NCBI GenBank assembly: GCA_038132575.1 | Contig: JAYPRP010000006.1 | Coordinates: forward strand, 1 to 63,410 | Origin: Rhodospirillaceae bacterium | GTDB taxonomy: Bacteria > Pseudomonadota > Alphaproteobacteria > UBA6615 | Direction of reading: 5' to 3' | DNA length: 63,410 bases | Part shown: positions 1 through 11,633 of the stretch, one piece after another | Layout of the letters: every line of letters starts with the position of its first letter | Position numbering within the stretch: position 1 is the stretch's first letter | Notes under the pieces: model-generated | Database searches by the model: none | What the model was told of the DNA's origin: nothing | The model's input: only the letters and a program-made list of their open reading frames with translations | Translations under genes and position numbers: made by a program

Positions 1-276
1 CTCGACCAGCACCTTCACGGTGCCGTCGGGAAGCTTGAGAAGCTGCAGGATCGTGCCGACGGTGCCGACGTCATAGAGATCCTCAGGCGCCGGGTCGTCC
101 TCGCCAGCGTCCTTCTGGGTAACCAGCAGTATCTGCTTGTCGTCCTTCATGACATCCTCGAGCGCCCGCACGGATTTCTCGCGTCCGACGAACAGGGGAA
201 CGATCATGTGCGGAAACACGACTATGTCGCGCAACGGCAGAACGGGGAACAACGCACCTTTGGAAAGTTCGGTCAT
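1..276 (-). CDS. lon: ATP-dependent protease La, N-terminal part (runs off the window edge)
   Basis: Manual translation from ATG at 276 gives [40 protein letters not shown]...[16 protein letters not shown], the Lon N-domain. It lies downstream of clpX and is not in the supplied ORF track. Confidence 0.97.
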   Translation of the reverse strand, partial: MTELSKGALFPVLPLRDIVVFPHMIVPLFVGREKSVRALEDVMKDDKQILLVTQKDAGEDDPAPEDLYDVGTVGTILQLLKLPDGTVKVLVE

Positions 277-405
277 TTTGTATTCCGGGTTCGCAATGTC
301 GCGGAGAGATCAACCAAGAAACATTGCGCAGGGGTTTTACGGACACAGGAGGTTCACAGACACAGCACAGGGAACGCCGTTTTAGCGAGTCGCGCCATGA
401 CCCAT

Positions 406-435
406 AATTTGGTTCGCGCGGCGCGCACAATCAAG
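406..435 (-). promoter_or_regulatory. possible RpoH (sigma32) promoter for lon
   Basis: Minus strand CTTGAT-N17-CCAAATT resembles the alphaproteobacterial CTTG...CCTATNT consensus, with an imperfect -10. Confidence 0.35.
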
Positions 436-526
436 CCCGCGGAACAACATGCGGACACGCGCGGAAAAACGGCGGTAATGTCGAAAAACGGCCCTAAAAA
501 CTGCCCACAGGCAGCCTCGACGGGGA

Positions 527-1795
527 TTAGGCGCTGGTGCCCAGATCCTCGCGCGGCTTGTCGGCGTAGATGTGCAGCGGCGCGGCATTGCCATCGACGA
601 CCTCGCCGTTGATGACGACCTCCTCGACACCGTCCAAGCCCGGCAGTTCGAACATGGTGTCGAGCAGGATGTTCTCCATGATGGAGCGCAGCCCGCGCGC
701 GCCCGTCTTGCGGGCGATGGCCTTCTTCGAGATTGCGCGCAGCGAATCCTCGGCGAAGGACAGTTCGACCCCCTCCATCTCGAACAGGCGCTGATACTGC
801 TTGATGAGCGCGTTCTTGGGCTGGGTCAGGATCTGGATCAGCGCGTCCTCGTCGAGATCGCCGAGGGTCGCCAGCACCGGCAGGCGACCGACAAACTCGG
901 GGATCAGGCCGAACTTGAGAAGATCCTCGGGCTCGACCTCGCTGAGGATCTCGCCGGTCTGGCGGTCGTCGAGGCTCTGCACGTCGGCGCCGAAGCCGAT
1001 CGCCGTGTCCTTGCCGCGGCTCGCAATGATCCGCTCGAGGCCGGCGAAGGCACCGCCGACGATGAACAGGATGTTGGTCGTATCCACCTGCAGGAATTCC
1101 TGCTGGGGATGCTTGCGCCCGCCCTGGGGCGGCACGGAGGCAACCGTGCCCTCCATGATCTTGAGCAGCGCCTGCTGCACGCCCTCGCCCGACACGTCGC
1201 GCGTAATCGACGGGTTGTCGGACTTGCGGCTGATCTTGTCGACCTCGTCGATATAAACGATGCCGCGCTGGGCGCGCTCGACATTGTAGTCGGCCGACTG
1301 CAGCAGCTTCAGGATGATGTTCTCGACGTCCTCGCCGACATAGCCCGCCTCGGTGAGCGTCGTGGCGTCGGCCATCGTGAAGGGCACGTCGAGGATACGC
1401 GCCAGCGTCTGGGCCAGCAGCGTCTTGCCGCAGCCCGTCGGACCGATCAGCAAGATGTTAGACTTGGCGATCTCGACCTCGTTGCCCTTGGGCCCCGCGT
1501 TGAGACGCTTGTAGTGGTTGTGCACGGCAACGGAGAGCACGCGCTTTGCCCGGTCCTGGCCGATGACATAGTCGTCGAGGACTTCGCAAATCTCCTTCGG
1601 GGTCGGGACGCCGTCGCGCGACTTCACAAGGGTGGACTTGTGCTCCTCACGGATGATGTCCATGCACAGTTCGACGCATTCATCGCAGATGAAGACCGTC
1701 GGACCCGCAATCAGCTTGCGAACCTCATGCTGACTCTTGCCGCAAAAAGAACAGTAGAGAGTGTTCTTGGAATCGCCGTTTCCGGACTTGCTCAT
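527..1795 (-). CDS. clpX: ATP-dependent Clp protease ATP-binding subunit ClpX
   Basis: N-terminal zinc finger CSFC...CDEC, Walker [12 protein letters not shown] loop, RKHP motif. Confidence 0.99.
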   Translation of the reverse strand: MSKSGNGDSKNTLYCSFCGKSQHEVRKLIAGPTVFICDECVELCMDIIREEHKSTLVKSRDGVPTPKEICEVLDDYVIGQDRAKRVLSVAVHNHYKRLNAGPKGNEVEIAKSNILLIGPTGCGKTLLAQTLARILDVPFTMADATTLTEAGYVGEDVENIILKLLQSADYNVERAQRGIVYIDEVDKISRKSDNPSITRDVSGEGVQQALLKIMEGTVASVPPQGGRKHPQQEFLQVDTTNILFIVGGAFAGLERIIASRGKDTAIGFGADVQSLDDRQTGEILSEVEPEDLLKFGLIPEFVGRLPVLATLGDLDEDALIQILTQPKNALIKQYQRLFEMEGVELSFAEDSLRAISKKAIARKTGARGLRSIMENILLDTMFELPGLDGVEEVVINGEVVDGNAAPLHIYADKPREDLGTSA

Positions 1796-1949
1796 ACCGT
1801 TATGGTCCCGTGCTGGGGCGTGGTTTCCGGCACCGCAAGACGCCGGCCCGAATCACTAACAGAAGCAATTGAACAATAGCTAACCGTCAGCGATCAATAA
1901 TTAGTTAAGCGGCCGAGAATCCGCGGTACTCCCCGATGGGCACCGCGAT

Positions 1950-2588
1950 CTAGTCGCCATCCTCTTCCTCAGCCGTCTCGGCGCGGCTGGTTACAACCTC
2001 GTCGATCAGCCCGAATTCGCGCGCTTCCTCGGCCGTGTAGAACCGGTCGCGCTCGAGCGCCTCGGCGATCTTCTCGACCGGCTGGCCGGTGTGCCCGGCG
2101 TAAATCTCGTTGAGGCGCTGGCGGATCTTCAGGATCTCCTGCGCGTGGATCTCGATGTCCGTCGCCTGGCCCTGGAACCCGCCCGACGGCTGGTGAACCA
2201 TGATGCGCGCGTTCGGCAGCGCGAAGCGCTTGCCGGCCGCACCCCCCGACAGCAGCAGCGATCCCATGGACGCGGCCTGGCCGACGCAAAGGGTCGCCAC
2301 GTCCGGGCGGATGTACTGCATGGTGTCGTAGATCGACAGGCCCGACGTCACGATGCCGCCGGGCGAATTGATGTAGAAGCTGATGTCCTTGTTCGGATTC
2401 TCCGCCTCAAGGAACAGAAGCTGGGCGCAGATCAGGCTCGCAACCTCGTCGCCGACCGGACCGGTCAGGAAGATGATGCGTTCCTTGAGAAGCCGGGAAT
2501 AGATGTCATAGGCGCGTTCGCCCCGGTTCGTCTGTTCGACGACCATCGGGACCAGCGCATTCATACGCGGTTCTTCGTAATTCGCCAT
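1950..2588 (-). CDS. clpP: ATP-dependent Clp protease proteolytic subunit
   Basis: [23 protein letters not shown] and MVHQP motifs. Confidence 0.99.
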   Translation of the reverse strand: MANYEEPRMNALVPMVVEQTNRGERAYDIYSRLLKERIIFLTGPVGDEVASLICAQLLFLEAENPNKDISFYINSPGGIVTSGLSIYDTMQYIRPDVATLCVGQAASMGSLLLSGGAAGKRFALPNARIMVHQPSGGFQGQATDIEIHAQEILKIRQRLNEIYAGHTGQPVEKIAEALERDRFYTAEEAREFGLIDEVVTSRAETAEEEDGD

Positions 2589-2633
2589 GATATCGGATCA
2601 CTCCATACACGGGCCAGACAAGCGGTCGGTACA

Positions 2634-2661
2634 AGATAGGCTCGCGGCGAGTCCCCGCAAG
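2634..2661 (-). promoter_or_regulatory. RpoH (sigma32)-type promoter upstream of clpP
   Basis: Minus strand CTTG-N17-CCTATCT, about 45 nt upstream of the clpP ATG, matching the alphaproteobacterial RpoH consensus. Confidence 0.65.
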
Positions 2662-2675
2662 GGGGCGCTCGCCGG

Positions 2676-4184
2676 TCAGCCGGCCGCCTTGTCGTCGCCC
2701 TTTGCCTTGCTCTTGGCCGCCGGCTTCTTCGGCGCCGCCTTTTTCTTCGCCGCGGGCTTCTTGGCGGCGGGCTTCTTGGCCGCTGCCTTCTTTGCCGGTG
2801 CCTTCTTCTCCGGCGCCTTCTTCTTCGCCGCCGGCTTCTTGGCCGCTTCCGCTTCGGCGACTTCTGCCTCGGCCTCGGCGTTGAGCTCCTCGGCCGTCAA
2901 CTCGCGCTCGTTCACCTTGGCCATCTCGATGATGAAATCGACGACCTTGTCCTCGAAGATCGGCGCCTGCAGCGACGCGCTCGCCTGCGGGTTGTCGCGG
3001 TAGAACTCGATCACCTGCTGCTCCTGGCCGGGCAGCTGGCGGGCCTGTTCCATGATCGCGCGGTTCACCTCTTCCTGGGTGACCGTCAGCCCGTTCTGCT
3101 CGCCGATGTGCGACAGCAGCAGACCGAGCCGCACCCGACGGTCCGCGATCTCCTGATACTGGGCGCGCAGCTCTTCGTCGGACTTGTTCTTGTCCTCGTC
3201 GTCGAGGCTGTCATTTTCCTTGGCCTGCTCGATCTGCGACCATATCTGGTTGAACTCGTCCTCGGCCATGCGCGGCGGAACCCCGAAGTCATGGGCGTCC
3301 GAAAGCTTGTCGAGAAGATCTCGCTTCGTGCGTTCGCGGGTCAGCCGGCCATATTCCTGGCCGAGCTGCTCGCTCACCGCTTCCTTAAGCGCGTCGAGAT
3401 TCTCGAGGCCGAGCCCCTGGGCGAAGGCATCGTCCACCGTCACCTCGACGGCCTCGTGGATCTCCTGGATCGTGCAGTCGAAGACTGCGTCCTTGCCGGC
3501 AAGATCGTCCACATTGTAGTCGTCCGGGAAGGCGACCTTGACCTCGATCGGCTTGCCCGCCTCGACGCCGACAAGCTGCTCCTCGAACCCCGGAATGAAC
3601 TGGCTGGAGCCGAGCTCGAGCCGGATGCCCGTACCCTTGCCGCCCTCGAACGGCACGTCGTCGATCTTGCCCTCGAAGTCGATGATCACGACATCGCCGT
3701 CGGCCGTCTTGCGCGCCGTCTCGATGGGCCTGGTCTCGCGGTTCTGCTGGACGATACGGTCGATCGCGTCGTCGATCTCGGTGTCGGTCGGGACGACCTT
3801 CACCCGGTCGAGTTCGAGCGATGCCAAGTCCACCGTCTCGATCTCCGGCAGTATCTCGACCGACATGCCGTATTCCAAATCCTTGCCCTCGTCGAAGGAG
3901 ACGACCTCGATCTTCGGCTGCCCGGCCGGACGCAGCCCGCGTTCGGTGAGCACTTCCTGGGAGGAATCCTGTACCGCCGCCTCGAGCACCTCGCCCATGA
4001 CGGCGCTGCCATAGCGCTGCTTGAGAATCTTGAGCGGCGCTTTGCCCGGACGGAAGCCCGGCAGGTTGATGTCCCGCCCGACCTCGGTCAGGCGCGCGTC
4101 CACGCGCTGCTGAATATCGTCCGCGGCGATCGTGATCTTGTAATCGCGCTGCAGACCTTCGTTGTTCGTTTCGACGACTTCCAT
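2676..4184 (-). CDS. tig: trigger factor with Lys/Ala/Pro-rich C-terminal tail
   Basis: GFRPGKAP ribosome-binding signature and FKBP domain (FIPGFEEQL). Start reassigned to ATG 4184 (MEVVET) because the longer ORF overlaps the tRNA. Confidence 0.97.
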   Translation of the reverse strand: MEVVETNNEGLQRDYKITIAADDIQQRVDARLTEVGRDINLPGFRPGKAPLKILKQRYGSAVMGEVLEAAVQDSSQEVLTERGLRPAGQPKIEVVSFDEGKDLEYGMSVEILPEIETVDLASLELDRVKVVPTDTEIDDAIDRIVQQNRETRPIETARKTADGDVVIIDFEGKIDDVPFEGGKGTGIRLELGSSQFIPGFEEQLVGVEAGKPIEVKVAFPDDYNVDDLAGKDAVFDCTIQEIHEAVEVTVDDAFAQGLGLENLDALKEAVSEQLGQEYGRLTRERTKRDLLDKLSDAHDFGVPPRMAEDEFNQIWSQIEQAKENDSLDDEDKNKSDEELRAQYQEIADRRVRLGLLLSHIGEQNGLTVTQEEVNRAIMEQARQLPGQEQQVIEFYRDNPQASASLQAPIFEDKVVDFIIEMAKVNERELTAEELNAEAEAEVAEAEAAKKPAAKKKAPEKKAPAKKAAAKKPAAKKPAAKKKAAPKKPAAKSKAKGDDKAAG

Positions 4185-4289
4185 GACCAGGTCCGATTCC
4201 CTGTTTTCCCGAATATTCCAGTACCGGCAGGATGCCCCGCCGGCGCGCGGCCCCTGCCGCATGAAATTCCAATGGCGCACCGGCACGGG

Positions 4290-4376
4290 TGGTGCGGGCG
4301 AAGGGACTTGAACCCCCACGACTTTTCAGTCACCAGGACCTAAACCTGGCGCGTCTACCAGTTCCGCCACACCCGC
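4290..4376 (-). tRNA. tRNA-Leu (TAG)
   Basis: GCGGGTGTGGCGGAACTGGTAGACGCG CCAGG-TTTAGGT-CCTGG, long variable arm, GGTTCAAGTCC, encoded CCA. Usual position upstream of tig. Confidence 0.97.
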
Positions 4377-4504
4377 GCTTCACCTGTACGCGGCGCGAAG
4401 CCTCTGTGACCGCACGCCACGCGCGTCCGACCGGTCACCCGAACGAACGGCGGATGTCCTATACCATCGCGTGAGCCGAGTAAACGCCGTACAGGCCCCG
4501 CGCT

Positions 4505-6019
4505 TCAGACCGCTTGCTCGCCGAGCGCGCGCAGCACCGCGGGCAGTTCATCCGCGATGTCATCGGCGATGAGGCCGGGCCCGAACGCGGCGGCTGACGC
4601 CCCGTGCAGCCACACCCCGGCCGAGGCCCCCTCGAAGCCCGGCATACCCTGCGTCAGCAGTCCCAGGATGAAGCCCGCGAGCACGTCGCCGCTACCCGCG
4701 GTCGCCAGCGCGGGCGGCGCGTTGTCGTTGATGGCCGCGCGCCCATCCGGCGCGGCGATCACGGTGTCAGCCCCTTTCAGAACCACCACAGCACCCGCCT
4801 GCGCCGCCGCAACGCGGGCGCTGTCCAGCCTGCCAGAGACGCTCGATTCCCTGCCGAACAATCGGTCGAACTCGCCGGAATGGGGCGTCAGCACCGTTGC
4901 CGCCGTGCGTGCGCGCACCGCCGCGAACAGCGCGTCCCCTTTATCGGCGAATGCCGTGATCGCATCCGCGTCGATCACGCAGGCCGCATCGGTCTTGAGC
5001 GCCGCCAGGGTGCGCTCGCGTGTATCGGCGCTCATCCCGTTGCCGGGGCCAACAAGAACACCGCGCACCCGGGGATCGCCGATCGCGTCTGCAAAGGCCA
5101 ACAGGTCGGGTGTCTCGCGCACCATAATCGAGGGCCGGCCCGCGCGGTAGGTCGCGACGGCGGCGGAGGGGCTCGCGATAGAGACGAGGCCCGCGCCCGC
5201 GCGGAGCGCTGCGTGGGATGCGAGCCGCGCCGCTCCCGTTAGGTCAGCACCACCCGCCACCACAGCGTGGCCACGCGAATATTTATGGCCGTCCGCCGCC
5301 AGGGTCGGGAACGAGTCCCGCCAGAGGTCCGGCTGGTTATGGAACTGCCGCGGCGCGATCTCGTCGAGCACCGCCTCGGGGATAACGATGTCGGCCACCC
5401 GCACCTCGCCGCAACGGCCGCGGCCCGGATAGAGGAGATGGCCCGGCTTGCGGCGGAAGAAGGTCACGGTCAGACCGGCACGGGGCGCCGCCCCCATCAC
5501 CGCGCCCGTGTCGCCATCGACGCCGCTCGGCACATCAACCGCGAGGCAGGGCAAGTCCCGCGCGCCGATCGCCTCGATCACCTCCCGCACGACGCCCTCG
5601 ACCGGCCTGGCGAGCCCGGCGCCGAACAACGCGTCGACGACGATGTCGGCATTATCCAGAAGGTCAACCGCGGGCGGATGCGCGGGCTGCCCGCAGTCAT
5701 CGGACCAGCGTTTGGCATTCACCGCCGCGTCGCCCGCAAGCTTCTCTATACCGCCAAGCAACGCCAGCGTCACATCGCGACCGGCTTCGCGCAGCAGTCG
5801 CGCAGCGACGAAGCCGTCGCCGCCATTGTTGCCGGGTCCGCACAGGACGAGCACGCGCCCGGCGGGCCAGCGCGCCTGGAGTGCATCCGCGACCGCCGCC
5901 CCGGCACGCTCCATCAGGTCGAGGGTCGCAACGCCGCGCGCCGCCGCGCCGGCGTCCGCGCGGTACATCTCGGCGACGGTCAGTACGTCGGGTGCGGCAT
6001 CGTTCCAGCGCGTGTTCAT
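4505..6019 (-). CDS. nnr: bifunctional NAD(P)HX epimerase/dehydratase
   Basis: YjeF-N motifs GPGNNGGDG, DALFGAG, DVPSG, plus carbohydrate-kinase domain motifs TPHSGE and GSGDVLAG. Confidence 0.96.
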   Translation of the reverse strand: MNTRWNDAAPDVLTVAEMYRADAGAAARGVATLDLMERAGAAVADALQARWPAGRVLVLCGPGNNGGDGFVAARLLREAGRDVTLALLGGIEKLAGDAAVNAKRWSDDCGQPAHPPAVDLLDNADIVVDALFGAGLARPVEGVVREVIEAIGARDLPCLAVDVPSGVDGDTGAVMGAAPRAGLTVTFFRRKPGHLLYPGRGRCGEVRVADIVIPEAVLDEIAPRQFHNQPDLWRDSFPTLAADGHKYSRGHAVVAGGADLTGAARLASHAALRAGAGLVSIASPSAAVATYRAGRPSIMVRETPDLLAFADAIGDPRVRGVLVGPGNGMSADTRERTLAALKTDAACVIDADAITAFADKGDALFAAVRARTAATVLTPHSGEFDRLFGRESSVSGRLDSARVAAAQAGAVVVLKGADTVIAAPDGRAAINDNAPPALATAGSGDVLAGFILGLLTQGMPGFEGASAGVWLHGASAAAFGPGLIADDIADELPAVLRALGEQAV

Positions 6020-6091
6020 GTCACAAGCCTAGCAGCCCCGAACGTCGTCCGGTTGCGCCATGTCAGTCGATCAAATTGTACGGGGGAGGAA

Positions 6092-6169
6092 TGGGGTGGC
6101 TGATGGGATTTGAACCCACGGCCTCCTGAACCACAATCAGGCGCTCTAACCAGCTGAGCTACAGCCACC
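6092..6169 (-). tRNA. tRNA-His (GTG) with encoded G-1 and C73
   Basis: G-GTGGCTG-TA-GCTC...CCTGA-TTGTGGT-TCAGG...GTGGG-TTCAAAT-CCCAT-CAGCCAC-C-CCA folds as a 78-nt cloverleaf. Confidence 0.97.
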
Positions 6170-6236
6170 ACAGGCGGGCGCTTGTGTAGTCGCCCGGCCC
6201 ACGGGCGTCAAGCAAAGGCAACACACGCACCGCCGA

Positions 6237-7301
6237 TCAAAGCCGCTCGGCGAGCCAGTCCACCATCCCCGTCCGCACCTCGAAGGCGCGGTTGTGGCAG
6301 CAATGGACCCCGTCCTCGACCATCCACAGCGTACCGTTGTCCGGCAGCGCCGCGGCGATGCGCTCGGCCTGGTGGTCCTTGAAGATCGCGTCGTGGCGGC
6401 CGTGCACCACCAGCACCGGTGACGCGACGTCGCCGATGCAATCGTCCAGGGTCGCGTCGGCGACCCGGGCGAGCGCCGCGTCCTCATCGTCCGTGCCGGT
6501 CGCCCAGACGAAGCCGGCGCGGATGAGGGGTGGCATCGTCGGCCAGTCCGACAGGTCCCACGCGCCCCCGAAGACGACGGTCGCCTTTATCCTCGGGTCG
6601 GCGGCCGCGGCCTTCACGACATAGATGCCGCCGAGGCTCCGGCCGATGGTGCCGATCCGGGCCGGGTCAACCTCGGACCGTGCGGCGAACGCATCGACGG
6701 CAGCCGAGATACAGGCCTCGTAGTCGGGCCCGAGCAACAAACCGGGATGGGCCTCCCCCTGCCCCGGCCCGTCGAAGGCCAGGACCGCGAGCCCGCGCGC
6801 GACGGCCATGTCCATGACGGTCGCGAAGTCCTCCTTCGTGGAATCGAGCCCCGGCACCAGGACGATGCCGGCGGCCGGTCCGTCGCGATCGGCCGGCACA
6901 CGGATGTAGGCCGGAAGGGTTGTATCGCCGAACGGGATCGAGACCCGTTCCGCCGGCGGCGCCATCAGCGGCGCGGCTTGCGCGAAGGCGGCGGTCTTAC
7001 GCGCCTGCAGGTCGAACTTCATGTCAGGCAGATGGAACGCCACGACCTGGGCGAAGTGGAAACAGATCGCCGCGCGCACATAGGCGGCAGCGGCGCTGAT
7101 GTTGTGGCCGCGCCCCGCGCGGTCTCCGCCGACATCGAGATAGCCGTCCGCGATCTCGGCCCAGGCGACCGGCCATTCGTCCCAGGTCGCGGCGCGGTTA
7201 CGCACGGCCAGCGCGTCATTGGGATCGCCGCCGTCCGCGACCAGGCGCGGAATCCAGTAGCGCAGCACTTCGTCGTCATCGAGCGGTCGCGTGTCGTTCA
7301 T
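6237..7301 (-). CDS. alpha/beta hydrolase, 2,6-dihydroxy-pseudo-oxynicotine hydrolase/FrsA-like
   Basis: GLDSTKE, DGPGQGE, nucleophile elbow GRSLGG, C-terminal DGVHCCHN. Confidence 0.85.
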   Translation of the reverse strand: MNDTRPLDDDEVLRYWIPRLVADGGDPNDALAVRNRAATWDEWPVAWAEIADGYLDVGGDRAGRGHNISAAAAYVRAAICFHFAQVVAFHLPDMKFDLQARKTAAFAQAAPLMAPPAERVSIPFGDTTLPAYIRVPADRDGPAAGIVLVPGLDSTKEDFATVMDMAVARGLAVLAFDGPGQGEAHPGLLLGPDYEACISAAVDAFAARSEVDPARIGTIGRSLGGIYVVKAAAADPRIKATVVFGGAWDLSDWPTMPPLIRAGFVWATGTDDEDAALARVADATLDDCIGDVASPVLVVHGRHDAIFKDHQAERIAAALPDNGTLWMVEDGVHCCHNRAFEVRTGMVDWLAERL

Positions 7302-7433
7302 GTCTCTCCCCCTCCCCGCGTGTCGGTAAGAGCATGGTCCCCCTGTCCGGGCCGGACCGCAAGAGCGCCAAAGCTTTTGCCCTGCAAAAGCCTGAACGCC
7401 TATAGTGCGCGCCGCTTCATGGGGGACGAAATC

Positions 7434-8612
7434 ATGACGGGTGCGCAGCTACACACCGCCGCCAATCTCGAACGGCTCGGAACGGAGTCCGCGTTCGAGG
7501 TTCTGGCCCGGGCCGAGGCGCTGAAGGCCGAGGGACACGACGTGATCAATCTCGGGATCGGCCAGCCCGACTTCTCGACGCCCGAGCATATCGTCGAGGC
7601 GGCAGTGAAGGCGCTGCGCGACGGACATCACGGCTACACGCCAGCGCCGGGCATCCTGGCGCTGCGCGAGGCGGTCGCCGCCGACATCGCGCGGCTGCGC
7701 GGGGTCGAGGTGGATCCGAACAACATCGTCTGCGTACCGGGCGGCAAGGTGACGATGTTCTTCGCGATCATGATGTTCGGCGAGGCCGGCGCGGAGATCA
7801 TGTATCCGAACCCGGGCTTCCCCATCTACGAGTCCGCGATCAACTATTCCGGCGCGAAGGCCGTTCCCATCCCCCTCCTCGAGGAGAAGGACTTCTCCTT
7901 CGATGCCGAAGAGGTCCTGTCGCTGATCACGCCGGCGACCCGGCTGATGATCATCAACACGCCCGCGAACCCAACCGGCGGCGCCGTGCCGCGTGAAGAG
8001 ATGGACAAGCTGGCCGCCGGGCTCGCGGCGCACCCCCATGTGGCGATCCTGTCGGACGAGATCTACGGCCAGATGACCTATGACGGCCACGAACATGTCA
8101 GCCTCTTGTCCTACGAACATCTGCGCGACCGGCTGATCCTGCTCGACGGCTGGTCCAAGACCTACGCCATGACCGGGTGGCGGCTGGGCTATGCGCTCTG
8201 GCCGGAGACGCTGGTCGACGCGGCGACGCGGCTCGCCATCAACTGCCATTCCTGCGTGAACGCGGGCACCCAGTTCGCGGGCATCGCCGCCCTGGAGGGG
8301 CCGCAGGATTCCGTGCACGAGATGGTGCGTGCGTTCGATGAACGCCGCCACGTTATCGTCGACCGTCTCAATGCGATCGAGGGCTTCAGCTGCCGCACGC
8401 CGATGGGGGCGTTCTATGCGTTTCCCAACGTCTCGGGCACCGGACAGTCCGCCCGCGAGGTGCAGGACCGCCTCCTGAGCGAGGCGCATGTGGCGACGGT
8501 CGCCGGCACGAGCTTCGGCCACCTGGGCGAAGACTATGTGCGATTTTCCTATGCAAACTCGGTCGAGAACATCGAGACGGCGCTGGACCGGGTGGCGGCG
8601 ATCTACAGCTAG
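7434..8612 (+). CDS. PLP-dependent aminotransferase class I/II (aspartate aminotransferase-like)
   Basis: LGIGQPDF, NPTG, SDEIY and GWSKTYAMTGWRLG motifs. Start placed at ATG 7434 after a GGGGGA RBS. Confidence 0.92.
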   Translation: MTGAQLHTAANLERLGTESAFEVLARAEALKAEGHDVINLGIGQPDFSTPEHIVEAAVKALRDGHHGYTPAPGILALREAVAADIARLRGVEVDPNNIVCVPGGKVTMFFAIMMFGEAGAEIMYPNPGFPIYESAINYSGAKAVPIPLLEEKDFSFDAEEVLSLITPATRLMIINTPANPTGGAVPREEMDKLAAGLAAHPHVAILSDEIYGQMTYDGHEHVSLLSYEHLRDRLILLDGWSKTYAMTGWRLGYALWPETLVDAATRLAINCHSCVNAGTQFAGIAALEGPQDSVHEMVRAFDERRHVIVDRLNAIEGFSCRTPMGAFYAFPNVSGTGQSAREVQDRLLSEAHVATVAGTSFGHLGEDYVRFSYANSVENIETALDRVAAIYS

Positions 8613-8613
8613 A

Positions 8614-8674
8614 TGATTATTATTTGTGCAGTATGCCTATTTTGTGGGCTCATTTTCTGCACAGAAACGTGGCA
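8614..8674. promoter_or_regulatory. tandem NtrC-type enhancer sites
   Basis: Three 17-bp TGC-N11-GCA-like boxes: TGATTATTATTTGTGCA (8614), TGCCTATTTTGTGGGCT (8634), TGCACAGAAACGTGGCA (8658), upstream of the sigma54 promoter of glnB. Confidence 0.65.
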
Positions 8675-8695
8675 ACGGGACAAATAACCCTTTAG

Positions 8696-9151
<456 letters not shown>

Positions 9152-9219
9152 CGGTTTTGAAATCGAATCTGTAATCGATCACCCACAGAGATTTTTCCGA
9201 AAGACAGGGGAGCATAAAG

Positions 9220-10629
<1,410 letters not shown>

Positions 10630-10654
10630 TTCCGCGCGAACGACCCGAAACGAG

Positions 10655-10685
10655 AAAGGCCCCGCCAAGCCGGCGGGGCCTTTTT
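10655..10685 (+). terminator. rho-independent terminator after glnA (probably bidirectional)
   Basis: AAAGGCCCCGCC-AAGCC-GGCGGGGCCTTTTT. Confidence 0.9.
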
Positions 10686-10716
10686 CACGTTCGCAGCATG
10701 CGGCCGCGCGACACCG

Positions 10717-11235
10717 TCACGACCACTTGGTCTTGGGTTTTTCCTCCGCAACACCGTCCACATAGACCGCATCCACCTGTTCGTTGAAGAAGCAGAGATA
10801 GTCCTTGATGCGGGCGCTCTCGTGCACCGGGTCGGGATAGTGCCAGACGATGTCCTCGAACCAGTGATCCATCTCGCGCCAGTAGAAAGCGAGATACCCT
10901 CCGATGCCCGCCGCCTCGTCGAAGGGCAGCTCGTAGGACCACACGGCGTTCTCCGCCGTCTTCCCGCCTGCGTTGACCGTGTAGTAGCTGGCGTCGCCCT
11001 TGAAAGGGCAGTGGGTCGAATGGTCGGTCTTCGCGAGCAGGCCCATCGCCGCGTCAGCGCGCGGCAGGTAATAGACCGGCACATGGCCGCGCTCGTAGAG
11101 GATCAGACCGTTGGTGGTGTCGACGATGGTCTCGCCACCGAACGTCACACGGATGCGCTTGGGGCTCGGCTCGAACTCGACGAAATGCTCGGGCTTGTCC
11201 GCATATCCCGGCGCAGGTCCGGCGGTCTCGATCAT
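10717..11235 (-). CDS. DUF427 protein, second domain apparently deleted in frame
   Basis: One complete DUF427 domain (VYYLP, THCPFKGDASYY, AVWSY), followed directly by only the tail of a second domain (DIVWHYPDP...LCFFNE). Confidence 0.8.
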   Translation of the reverse strand: MIETAGPAPGYADKPEHFVEFEPSPKRIRVTFGGETIVDTTNGLILYERGHVPVYYLPRADAAMGLLAKTDHSTHCPFKGDASYYTVNAGGKTAENAVWSYELPFDEAAGIGGYLAFYWREMDHWFEDIVWHYPDPVHESARIKDYLCFFNEQVDAVYVDGVAEEKPKTKWS

Positions 11236-11633
11236 GAGTCGCCTCCTGTTGCCGGCCGGGACTTGCCGGTCTCGAGATTGACGATCAGGTCGGTGCCGCC
11301 ATGCTTGTGAACACTGTCATGGGCGCGGATCCGCACCTCCTTCGTGCCGGCCGGCAGCTTCACGCCCGACAGCGACCTGGTAAACGGCTGCTCGTTCACA
11401 TGCGGATGGGCGAGCACCCGTGTCGCCAGCACCGCGCCGTCGAGGCTCAACACCTCCCAGCGGTTGGCGAAATGTTCCCAGCCCTCGTCTGCGTGGCGCA
11501 CGGTGACCGAGAAGCTGTAGGTACTGCCGCTGCGCACGGCGACGGCGGTCACGTCCGCCTCCCCCGCCGATGCGGCCTGGGGCGCAAGGGTCGCCGCAAG
11601 CAACGCGGTTGCGATCAAAGAGTTCCGGATCAT
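11232..11633 (-). CDS. conserved secreted hypothetical protein
   Basis: Signal peptide ending ASA, His-rich motifs (VRHADEGWEH, LAHPHVNEQPF, AHDSVH). 4-bp overlaps with both neighbours. Confidence 0.8.
   Translation of the reverse strand: MIRNSLIATALLAATLAPQAASAGEADVTAVAVRSGSTYSFSVTVRHADEGWEHFANRWEVLSLDGAVLATRVLAHPHVNEQPFTRSLSGVKLPAGTKEVRIRAHDSVHKHGGTDLIVNLETGKSRPATGGDS

Noticed and set aside
1894-1908. CtrA-like box (TTAA-N7-TTGA, minus strand) upstream of clpX
   Set aside because: One mismatch in a short AT-rich motif, so it cannot be distinguished from chance without conservation data.
4185-4319. N-terminal extensions of ORF-track calls (tig, aminotransferase, parE, typA, xdhB, argC, metY)
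   Set aside because: They overlap tRNAs, REPs or neighbouring genes. Downstream starts with RBS and family-typical N-termini were used instead.
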